Positions 56,331 through 64,000 of a stretch of DNA of 64,000 nt are shown here, piece by piece. Position numbers and translations under genes: made by a program. Source of the DNA: Actinomycetota bacterium (GTDB taxonomy: Bacteria; Actinomycetota; UBA4738; HRBIN12); NCBI GenBank assembly GCA_026003015.1, contig BPGL01000001.1, positions 423,353 through 487,352 of the forward strand, written 5' to 3'. Each line of letters opens with the position of its first letter. Positions within the stretch are counted from its first letter, which is position 1. Below the pieces are notes generated by a model, which was given only the letters and a program-made list of their open reading frames with translations, was not told the origin of the DNA and did not search any database.

Positions 56331-56717
56331 CTACCTGTCAAAAGCCAGCCCTTGTGTGCTCACGATGAGCCAGATGATGCCGCCGTAGGCCACGACGTCG
56401 CCGGCGCTCATCACCTGGTTGATCGGGGGTCCGACGGGGATTACGTCCGCGACCGGCATGAGAACGTCCCCGGGCCCTGCGAGGCGGGGGTGCCTCACCG
56501 CGAAGGCGATGAGCATGGGATACGAGGCGACCAACAGACCCAGCGCTACGGCCCGGGCGCCTTCACCCGACCAGGGGAGCGGAACGAGCTGCATGGCAAG
56601 ACCGATGGGAGCCAGCCCCCACCAGCGCAGGCGGAGCCGCTCGAGGTTCCCGAGTCTCCCTCCGACCGCGTACCCGGCGATCATCGAGCCAAGCATCGCG
56701 GTGAGGAACAGGCGCAT
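56331..56717 (-). CDS. small polytopic membrane protein (possibly DUF5317-like)
   Basis: A 128-aa protein with four hydrophobic segments. The ATG overlaps the upstream stop (TGATG). Confidence 0.5.
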   Translation of the reverse strand: MRLFLTAMLGSMIAGYAVGGRLGNLERLRLRWWGLAPIGLAMQLVPLPWSGEGARAVALGLLVASYPMLIAFAVRHPRLAGPGDVLMPVADVIPVGPPINQVMSAGDVVAYGGIIWLIVSTQGLAFDR

Positions 56718-57148
56718 CAGCACGGCTCCGTTCGGATGGAGAGCGCCCCGAGCGCCGCCCTCGTCGCTGCCGTCAGCCGGTCGAGATCGGCGGCGAGCGA
56801 GGCAGGGAAGGGGAACCGAGCAAGGTCCTCCTCCACGACGGCCTTGGACTGCAGGAGCGATGCGGCCACGGCCCGGTCGACCTCCTGGACCGCCGCCGCG
56901 ATCGTGTGCAGGCGGTCGTGGGAGAGCGCGTAGAAGGCATCCCGCGCGGCCATCGGGTCCGTCGGCAGGCGCTCCAGCGCCGCGCAGAGCCCCGTGACCG
57001 CCTCCCGGAGGGAACTCACGGGAACCGGTTGCCCGTTGACCTGGATCGTCCGCTCCCTGGCGCCGGTGGACGGGCCGGGCGAGCACGCGGCGAGCAGCAG
57101 AGCACCGAGGAGGACGGATGTCCGGACGCGGGCGGCGCGACTCGTCAT
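56717..57148 (-). CDS. lipoprotein, unknown function
   Basis: Has the signal peptide and lipobox LLGALLLAAC, followed by a helical body. Confidence 0.5.
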   Translation of the reverse strand: MTSRAARVRTSVLLGALLLAACSPGPSTGARERTIQVNGQPVPVSSLREAVTGLCAALERLPTDPMAARDAFYALSHDRLHTIAAAVQEVDRAVAASLLQSKAVVEEDLARFPFPASLAADLDRLTAATRAALGALSIRTEPC

Positions 57149-57174
57149 CGGCCTTCTCTCACCGCGACTTGTGA

Positions 57175-57861
57175 TCACGGGGCGCCAGGCTGCGTCGAGA
57201 TCGTTGCGAGGTAGCCCTGCAGCTGGTCGATCGTGAGCTCGCCCGCGAACCTGGATGTCACGTTCCCGTCGGCGTCCACGAAGACCCAGAAGGGGAATCC
57301 GGTTAGTCCGTACGCGCTGGCCGCGCTCTCCTTCGCATCGTCGACGAGGACCGGTGGTGTCCAGCCCTCTCGGCGCAGCCACTCGTCGGGCGGGTAGTTC
57401 GGCTGGGCGGGATCGATGGCCGTGGCCACGGAGTAGAGATCGACGCCCGCGGGCATCCCCTCCCGGTCCAGCCAGTCCTGCACGAGCGGCACCTCCCGCT
57501 GGCAGTGCGGGCACCAGTGGGCCAGGAAGATGATGGCCTTGGGCCGCCCGTCGTCCTCGATGCGCACGGGCCGGCCCTCGAAGTCCCGGCCCTCGAGCGT
57601 CGGCGCCGGAAGGCCGACGGCGGGATCGCTCCCCTCCGGGAGGGCCGGGAGCGACTGGCCGGTCACGGTGACCCGGCCGGGGGCCGACGACTCCCGGCCG
57701 TCGCCCCCGCCGGCCGCGACGAACGCGATGATGGCGGCGACCACCAGCGCCCCGAGTAGGCCGAACAGCCCGGGACCGGTCCGCGACCGACCGCGGCCAC
57801 GGCGGTCGGACTTTCGCCCACCCGCACCCGGCCGTGTGTGAGTCACCTTCCGACGAGTCAT
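57175..57861 (-). CDS. membrane-anchored TlpA/ResA-like thiol-disulfide oxidoreductase
   Basis: Has a basic N-terminus, a TM segment, and a thioredoxin fold with WCPHC. Confidence 0.8.
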   Translation of the reverse strand: MTRRKVTHTRPGAGGRKSDRRGRGRSRTGPGLFGLLGALVVAAIIAFVAAGGGDGRESSAPGRVTVTGQSLPALPEGSDPAVGLPAPTLEGRDFEGRPVRIEDDGRPKAIIFLAHWCPHCQREVPLVQDWLDREGMPAGVDLYSVATAIDPAQPNYPPDEWLRREGWTPPVLVDDAKESAASAYGLTGFPFWVFVDADGNVTSRFAGELTIDQLQGYLATISTQPGAP

Positions 57862-58451
57862 CGCGATACCTCCTTCTCCGTACCCTCAGCCTCCGCCTCG
57901 AGGAGATCCTCCTCTGGCAGGGGTCCGAGGAGCAGCAAGGTGGCGATCAGGGCGAAGGCGCTCAGGGCCATGAACGGGATCGAGATGTAGTGGAACTGCC
58001 ACACCCATACGGTCGTGCACGGGACCTCGACGGAGCAGGCCAGCGACGCCTGCGCGGGGAACCGCTCGAGCTGGTAGTGGTAGATCGAGATCGCGGCGCC
58101 GATGGCCACGACGGGCAGGACGTACCTTCGGATCCCGTGATCCGAGCGGAGCGCGGCGATCCCGAGGATCACGGCGAGCGGGTACATCGCGATCCGCTGG
58201 TACCAGCACAGCTTGCACGGCGGGAAGTGGGCGACCTCCGAGTAGTAGAGGCTGCCGAGCGTCGCCACGAGGGCCACGATCCACGCCAGCACGAGCGAGG
58301 AACCGCCGACGATGTCGCGGATCCATCGCAGCGCAGCCGCCGGGCGCTCGGAGAACCGCGAGGCGACCGCCAGGACAAGCGCGAGGAGAACGAAGGCATC
58401 GGCGCCCACCGTGAGGAGCGCGAAGAACAGCGAGAAGGCCCGGACGCTCAC
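57858..58451 (-). CDS. DsbB/BdbC-type disulfide bond formation protein
   Basis: Shows [15 protein letters not shown] (first CxxC loop) and a second Cys pair in LACSVEVPC. It has four TMs. Confidence 0.8.
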   Translation of the reverse strand: MSVRAFSLFFALLTVGADAFVLLALVLAVASRFSERPAAALRWIRDIVGGSSLVLAWIVALVATLGSLYYSEVAHFPPCKLCWYQRIAMYPLAVILGIAALRSDHGIRRYVLPVVAIGAAISIYHYQLERFPAQASLACSVEVPCTTVWVWQFHYISIPFMALSAFALIATLLLLGPLPEEDLLEAEAEGTEKEVSR

Positions 58452-59803
58452 GCCTTCCCCAGCAGCTCATCGAGGGCTGGCCGGAGCTCGCCCTCGGTGA
58501 ACAGGTTGTCCCACCGGGCCGCGATCCTGCCGTCGGGACCGATGAGGAACGCCCACGGCTCGGTCAGCTCGTCGCCCCGGTACAGCCAGTCGGCCGCCGC
58601 CTTGTTCACGACGTTGTCCTGGAAGTCACGCCAGATCTCCACGTGGATGAACTCGGCCCGCTCTCCGTACTCGGCGGCGAGGTCCTGGACGAGATCGGTC
58701 ACCGGCCCGCAGAAGCGGCTCACGCAGAACACCGGGGTCGAGAACACGACGAGCGCCGGCCGGCCCCGGCGGATCGCCTCGGCGATCGTCGTTCGGTGGA
58801 GCTCGGGATCGGGGATGCCGCCGGTGGAGGCGCGCGAGTCGATCGCCGCCTGCGGCACGCCTTTCGAGTCCAGCGTGAGGTTCGCCGTCCTCGGCGCCTT
58901 CTCCCCCACACCGGGCGCCTCGGGTTCCGGGATCACCTCGAACCGAGCGGCCCCCTGGACGATGCCGACGCCTTCGACGTCCGCGGCGACCTCGATGATG
59001 TAGGGACCCGGCTCGAGGAACCGCACGCCGTACACGGCGTAGACGCCTCGCGCCGTCGAGGGCCGGATCGCGGTCGGCTTCGCATCGGGATCGGCCGGCT
59101 TGGTCCCATAGACCGGCAGGTACGTGCCGACCACGGCCTGCGTCGCCTGTGCCGCACCTCCGGTGTCCTGCGCGAAGCGCATCTGCACGGTGCCGTTCGC
59201 CACCGTCCGGCCGTCTTCGGTGATGAGGCCGACGAGGAGCCGGCTGGACTCGCCCGCCACGATCTCGTAGTTCGCCACGATCACCTGGACCGGCGCATGC
59301 CCCGTCCTCGTCGGCGACGGCCCCCCGGCGTTTCCGGAGCCCGTGCAGGCCGACGCCAGGACGGCGGCACCAAGGACCGCCCCCATCAGTCGCCGGATGG
59401 CTCTCGTTCCCACGTGGATCACCCTCCATCCCTCCCAGGGCGGGATCTCTCTCAGGCATGCCGGGCATCGGGCGAGGTCGATCGGGTTCACCCTCCCGCA
59501 GTACGGGCAGCACCGCTTGGCCGGCCTGAACAGCGGCCGAGAGTCCGCGCTGCCACGGATCGGATCCCCCCGAGGTGCCCTCGCGCCGTTCCCGGTTCGG
59601 AACCCGCACCTCGCGCATCGGGCATCGGTCGGCATCACCCGTTCACCGCAGTAGGCGCACTCCCGCACATGGGCCGCCGGGCGCGAGGCCGGCGTTCCCC
59701 TCCGGCGATCGCGGAGCGCGGGAAGCGCGATCAGCGCAAGCACGAACAGGGCCGGGAGCAGGATCTCGTCCCACCCGCCCTGATGCGCCAGCACGCCGCT
59801 CAC
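58448..59803 (-). CDS. two-TM protein: cytoplasmic double zinc ribbon + extracytoplasmic Ig-like and thioredoxin-fold domains
   Basis: The GTG start overlaps the upstream stop (GTGA). The order is TM1, then CAYCG..CARCG and CPYCG..CPAC ribbons, then TM2 with a lipobox-like LASAC, then a beta-rich domain and a thioredoxin-like region with FCVSRFCGP. It could instead be two genes, with an internal start near MGAVLGAAV. Confidence 0.55.
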   Translation of the reverse strand: MSGVLAHQGGWDEILLPALFVLALIALPALRDRRRGTPASRPAAHVRECAYCGERVMPTDARCARCGFRTGNGARAPRGDPIRGSADSRPLFRPAKRCCPYCGRVNPIDLARCPACLREIPPWEGWRVIHVGTRAIRRLMGAVLGAAVLASACTGSGNAGGPSPTRTGHAPVQVIVANYEIVAGESSRLLVGLITEDGRTVANGTVQMRFAQDTGGAAQATQAVVGTYLPVYGTKPADPDAKPTAIRPSTARGVYAVYGVRFLEPGPYIIEVAADVEGVGIVQGAARFEVIPEPEAPGVGEKAPRTANLTLDSKGVPQAAIDSRASTGGIPDPELHRTTIAEAIRRGRPALVVFSTPVFCVSRFCGPVTDLVQDLAAEYGERAEFIHVEIWRDFQDNVVNKAAADWLYRGDELTEPWAFLIGPDGRIAARWDNLFTEGELRPALDELLGKA

Positions 59804-61174
59804 CCCGACAGGATCAGCAGCCCGGTGGCGGTGAACAGCACCATCACCGCCAGCAAGGCGTACTGGGTCTGGATCGCCGCTCCGCGGTCGAACAGGGCGA
59901 TCGCCCGGTCATGGGCGAGCACGACTCCACCGATGTGCCCGACGACGATCGCTGCGACCTGCACGTACCAGATCAGGGTGGCGGAGAGCAGGGCGAGGTT
60001 GACGGTCCACCGGGCCGTGCCGAACAGGTCCCACCCCCAGCCGAAGGGATCGGAGAGCTTCGCCAGCCCCAGCTGGCCCTCGATCACGAGGAACGAGAAG
60101 TAGTGGGCCACGGCGTAGGCGAGGACGATCGGCACGAGGCTCGGGGCGAACCGGACCGCCAGCGCGTGCCATCTCCCCCCGACCACCCGCGAGGCGGCGA
60201 TCATGGCCAGGGTGTATGCGAGGGCGACGAGCCCGATCACGGCGAGGAGGCCGGCCGTGAGCGCGCCGACCCGTGCGAACCCGCCCAGGGCTGCCGTGCG
60301 CGAGACCCAGAGGTTCGTCCGCGACAGCCCGTCGAAGGTCGTGGACCCAAGGGCGACCATGATGAGGGCGAGGAGGCCGGGACGAGGTTGCACCTCGGCC
60401 AGGCCGGCCAGCGGCGGCCGCACGATGACCCGCCCCTCCCCGTCACGGGCGAACGGGGAGAGGCGAGCGATGAGGCCGAGGTACACGGCGAAAGCTTCCC
60501 CGTTCTCGATCCACGCCTGCCGGCCGAACGTGAACATCCCGGCGATGGCGACCAGGGTGTAGACGAGGATCAGGATCCCCAGGCTGCCGGGGGAATCGCG
60601 GAACGGGTCGACCAGCTCGATCCACGCGAACCCGAAGAGGAGGATGGCGGCAGGCCACTTCCCCCAGGCCTTCGGATACCGGCGCGGGGGCGACTCGTAC
60701 CGGTAGTCGAGGAACAGGAGCCTCCCGAGGGTATCGAACGGCGAGAGCGTGGCCCACAGGTTGCCGAAGATCGCCTGGGCGAAGGTGAGGCCGACCCAGA
60801 ACCACACGAACACGAACACCGGTCCGATGGTCTCCGTGAGCCCGACCCGTCGCGTGGACGCCCCGATGACCACGAACAAGGGCACCCAGCGCGAGCAGCC
60901 GGACGCCCCACTCGAGGTATCGGTTCGTGAGGATCCCCTGGAGCCAGGTCCATGTCGCGGGGTCTGGATCCCGATCCTCGAACTTCGGTTCGGTCCACAG
61001 GGCGGACAGCGCCAGGAACGAGATGATCAGCGCAGTACCGGCCCCGAACACGAAGAGCCACCGGGGGACTGGAAGGTCCACCCTCCCCCCGAGCCCGTGC
61101 GCAAGGGCCGGTCCCGCCGTGACCACGGACCACAGGCCGGTGAGGGCGACGAGGGTTGCGACCTTGCGCCTCAC
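59800..61174 (-). pseudogene. polytopic membrane protein split by a 1-nt frameshift near 60880-60885
   Basis: The N-terminal piece has a signal peptide, AHGLGGRVDLPVPRWLF and a TM, and ends at ...RLLALGAL. The continuation PLFVVIGASTRRVGL... (361 aa, many TMs) is in the adjacent frame. Beyond the junction the first frame reads as Arg-rich noise. Confidence 0.55.
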
Positions 61175-61631
61175 GGGACCACCTTGAGCTGGAACAGCAG
61201 CAGGCCCGCCTCCTCGAGCTCAACCTCGAACACACCGGGAGCGGTCGCCCTGAAGTCGAGCTCGGCGGGCCGGCCGGGCACGACCGCGGCCGTGAGGTCG
61301 TAGCCGTGCAGGTGGATCTCATCGGCGACGTCGGCGTCCACGACGATGCGGACCCGCTCGCCCTGCTGCACCTCGGGTTCGGACGGTCCGGCGACCTCGC
61401 CGTCGCGCACCGTCACCTCGATCACGGTTCCCCCGCGGCGGGGCTCGGTGTCGGCTCCGGTTCCTCGCTGGGTGGGCTCGTCGCGGAGGGCGACGGTGTC
61501 CCCGATGCCGCCGCGGGTGACGCGGGAGCTGCCCCGACGCTCGGAGATGTGTCCGGCCGCAGCCAAAGGAAGAGGCCGACGGCGGCCCCCACCCCCGCAG
61601 CCAGGATGATCCAACGAACGTTCGACCTCAC
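61171..61631 (-). pseudogene. membrane-anchored cupredoxin-like (EfeO-N/Cupredoxin_1-type) protein split by a frameshift
   Basis: The signal anchor MRSNVRWIILAAGVGAAVGLFLWL and a Pro/Ser linker end at a stop at 61422. The domain TVIEVTVRDGEV...EIHLHGYDL...FEVELEEAGLLLFQLKVVP is in another frame. One extra G/C in the run at 61430-61434 would fuse them. Confidence 0.55.
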
Positions 61632-61678
61632 GAGTGATCTCGCTTCCGCTCATGGCCGCGTACCCGCGACCGGTCGAC

Positions 61679-62254
61679 TCAGGAGGGGAGCGGAGCGGGA
61701 GGGGCGCGCCGTCTGGTGCCGACGAAGAGGTCGGCTTCGGCGCGGAGGATGTCCGTCGGCGCGTGGGGCCGGATGAGCGGACCGCGCGGCCGGCCTCGCC
61801 GGAGCAACGCCGCCACCACCTGGACGGCCCGGACGAAGGCACGGAGGAGGAACGCGATGGCCAGCGCCACCACGACCTGCATCAGGAGCCCCATCAGGAC
61901 CCCGAGATCGGCGAGAGTGGCGGCGAGGTCGAGGTGACGCTCCACGAGTTCGAGCAGGAGGAAGCCGGGGACCTGAAACCAACCTAGCCTCAGGGCCGCG
62001 CCCCTCAGCGGAACGGCGCTGTCGTTACGGAGAGTTCGGGCGCCCAGGGCAACCAGGGACACGCCGCCCATGGCCAGAGCCAGGAGCCCGACCAGGCGGA
62101 AGGAGCCGTGGCCGACGGCGGCCAAGTGTTCGTGCCGCTCCATCCCGTTCGGGAACGCGAGCAGGTACCCGAGCAGGTGCCCGATGATCACGCCGCCCGC
62201 CGCCAGACCGATGAGCGCGCGACCGGGGCGAGAAGACCCGGGCCGAAGAGACAT
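61679..62254 (-). CDS. membrane protein, unknown function
   Basis: The start is MSLRPGSS. It has four to five hydrophobic segments and conserved His residues (IIGHLLGY, HEHLAAVGHG). Confidence 0.45.
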   Translation of the reverse strand: MSLRPGSSRPGRALIGLAAGGVIIGHLLGYLLAFPNGMERHEHLAAVGHGSFRLVGLLALAMGGVSLVALGARTLRNDSAVPLRGAALRLGWFQVPGFLLLELVERHLDLAATLADLGVLMGLLMQVVVALAIAFLLRAFVRAVQVVAALLRRGRPRGPLIRPHAPTDILRAEADLFVGTRRRAPPAPLPS

Positions 62255-62444
62255 GCGCGAATGGTACCGCACGAACTTCTTCGACAGACCTGCTGGTAGT
62301 AGGGGGGGCGGAGTTACACGGATCGGTGTAGTAGTGTATTCACGCGATGCGGGGTCGTCCACGAGATCGTGTGCGCGGCCGGGGAAAGCCGGAGCTCGCT
62401 GAGCGGCCTCTGATCGGGCCGCCCTCGTTCCGTGAGCCGGCTTC

Positions 62445-62498
62445 GTACATGATGCCGAGACCTTGAGTAACGTACATGATGCCGAGACCTTGAGTAAC
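62445..62498. repeat. perfect 27-bp tandem duplication (2 copies), low-GC
   Basis: The unit gtacatgatgccgagaccttgagtaac occurs at 62445-62471 and again at 62472-62498. The last 7 nt pair with 62501-62507 (tgagtaa-ctt-ttactca). Confidence 0.9.
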
Positions 62499-62504
62499 TT
62501 TTAC

Positions 62505-63552
62505 TCAGAGAGGGGGGGTATCCATCTAGCTCCTCCTAGTACACAGATGTTGGGGTGGACGGGAACGAGCGTCGACCGGTGGCGGGGCGGGACTACCCCC
62601 GGGGCTGGGACGAGCTCCGGGCCTGGTTCCCCGACGACGCCCGCATGCCTCGACTACCTCGAGAGGCTGCGGTGGCCGGACGGGTTCGTCTGCCCGCGGT
62701 GTGGCGCGCGGGGCGAGCCGTGGCGTCAGACCCGCGGAAGGCTGACCTGCTCGGCCTGCCGTCACCAGACCACGGCGACGGCGGGCACGATCTTCGACAA
62801 GACCCGCACGCCGCTCGCGACCTGGTTCGCCGCCGTCTGGTACGTGACCAACCAGAAGTACGGCACCAGCGCCTGGGTCTGAAGCGGGTGCTCGGGCTGG
62901 GGAGCTACCAGACGGCCTGGACCATGCTGCACAAGCTGCGCCGGGCGATGGTCCGCCCCGGGAGGGACCGCCTCGCCGGGGACGTGGAGGTGGACGAGAC
63001 CTACGTCGGGGGCCATGAGCAGGGCGTTCGCGGCCGAGAGACCCGCAGGAAGGCCATCGTGGCGATCGCTGTGGAGATCCCGGGCCCCCGGCGGTTCGGG
63101 CGGGCCCGGCTGCGCCGGGTCCCCGATGTGTCGGCGGACAGCCTGGTGGGGTTCGTGGCCGAGGCCGTGGAGCCGGGGTCGGTGGTCCACACCGACGGCT
63201 GGCGCTCCTACGACGCGCTTCCCAGCCGCGGGTACATGCGGAAGCGAACCGTGCTCTCGGCCACCGGCGACCCGGCCCACGTCTCCATGCCGGCGGTCCA
63301 CCGCGTGGCCAGCCTGCTGAAGCGGTGGCTCCTCGGAACCCACCAGGGCGCGGTCCGACCCGAGCAGCTCGACTACTACCTCGACGAGTTCACCTTCCGG
63401 TTCAACCGCCGGACCTCGCGCTCTCGGGGGATGCTCTTCTACCGGCTCCTCGAGCAGGCCGTGGTCACCGACCCCGTGCCCTACGACGTCATCGCTCGCC
63501 GACGCTGACCCCACATCTTGTGCTGGAGGAGCAAAGTGGATACCCCCTCTGA
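62505..63552 (+). mobile_element. IS1595-family (ISXO2-like transposase) insertion sequence
   Basis: It has terminal inverted repeats of about 45-50 bp. The left one is cagagagggggggtatccatctagctcctcctagtacacagatgttgggg (62506-62555). The right one, as the reverse complement of 63509-63551, is cagagggggtatccactttgctcctccagcacaagatgtgggg. Confidence 0.8.
62555..63508 (+). pseudogene. ISXO2-like DDE transposase with zinc ribbon; two opposite 1-nt frameshifts
   Basis: GRDYPRGWDELRAWFPDDA is in frame a. ACLDYLERLRWPDGFVCPRCG...CSACRHQ...QKYGTSA is in frame b. LGLKRVLGLGSYQTAWTMLHKLR...DETYVGG...HTDGWRSY... is back in frame a. The shifts lie in C-runs near 62640-62642 and 62872-62873. Confidence 0.8.
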
Positions 63553-63964
63553 CCCGGAAATCACGACCGGAGCTCGTGCCCAGGGAGCTATCGGCCGCGA
63601 CCACCTAACGGCCGCCCACCCGCCCCCCGGCGGCCAGCTCGACCGGTACCGCAGGGCTCTGGAGGCCGGGACCGACCCGGCGGTGGTGGCCGCTTGGATC
63701 CGAGAGGTCACCGAGATCAGGCGACGCACCGAGCGGGAGGTGCACCTCGCAGCTCCCGCCCCGCTGTGGGGCCGAGAGGAGCTGCGGGCGCTCGTCGAGG
63801 CCCTGGGAGACCTCGTCGGCGTCCTGCGCACGGCCGATCCTGCGAAGAAGGCGGAGCTGTACGGGGGTCTCGGCCTCGCCTTGACCTACGACCCCAACGC
63901 GCGGCGGGTCACGGTGGAGGCCGATCTGGCCATGTGCAGAGATCGTGTCGGAGGGGGGATTTGA
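63553..63964 (+). pseudogene. serine recombinase, C-terminal remnant
   Basis: Reads LDRYRRALEAGTDPAVVAAWIREV...REELRALVEALGDLVGVLRTADPAKKAELYGGLGLALTYDPNARRVTVEA. This matches my memory of the coiled-coil tail of actinobacterial large serine recombinases. There is no catalytic N-terminal domain, and the remnant abuts the IS right end. Confidence 0.55.
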
Positions 63965-64000
63965 ACCCCCACGCCCCGCGAGGGGCACTAGGCCCTCAAC
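63946..64000 (-). tRNA. tRNA-Leu(GAG), 3' ~55 nt only (gene continues past the window end)
   Basis: The reverse complement reads ..TTGAGGG-CCTAG-TGCCCCTCGCGGGGCG-TGGGGGTTCAAATCCCCC-CTCCGAC-A. This gives an anticodon loop with GAG, a long variable arm (5-bp stem), a canonical T-arm, an acceptor 3' strand and discriminator A. No CCA is encoded. Confidence 0.75.

Noticed and set aside
63518-63552. The ATG at 63518 as the true start of the recombinase-like ORF (MCWRSKVDTPSDPE...).
   Set aside because: These codons lie inside the IS1595 right inverted repeat. The ORF is a read-through into a truncated gene, not a genuine start.
1-64000. A CRISPR array or other long interspersed repeat array.
   Set aside because: I saw no series of regularly spaced direct repeats. 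The only tandem repeats are the 27-bp duplication at 62445-62498 and the att-like 19/22-nt pair at 48601-48641.

Overview
High-GC (roughly 70% by eye) chromosomal segment from an actinobacterium, identified by gene content. The window has two halves. The left half (1-33.9 kb) is conserved core with no broken reading frames. It holds cysS, helY, tatA/tatC and pafBC. It also holds a complete Pup-proteasome locus (pafA, prcA, prcB, pup, dop, arc) in the same order as in Mycobacterium. Next come trmI, a TtuA-like tRNA thiolase with a ThiS-like carrier, HtrA, and a one-carbon module with two tandem DmdA/GcvT-like aminomethyltransferases. At the far left edge sits a compact stand-alone reverse transcriptase, translationally coupled to an amidohydrolase that leaves the window. 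The right half (33.9-64 kb) is accessory and contains every broken reading frame I found. It starts with a decayed defence-gene patch: mrr, a helicase-DUF1998-endonuclease fusion and an SF1 helicase fragment. It then has an intact N2O-reductase cluster (nosZ, cupredoxin, 4-TM protein, nosD, nosF, nosY, Rrf2 regulator) and an LPXTG surface protein whose signal peptide is uncoupled by a G8 tract. The last ~15.3 kb is an island bounded by a partial tRNA-Leu(GAG) at the window end and a degenerate copy of its 3' end at 48.6 kb. That island carries two ArsR-family/efflux pairs, a thiol-disulfide/cupredoxin membrane module, a NifX-like/DUF5320-like/PadR trio, decayed IS256- and IS1595-family elements and a serine-recombinase remnant. 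I saw no CRISPR array and no rRNA. All functional calls rest on motif recognition by eye; no database search was possible.
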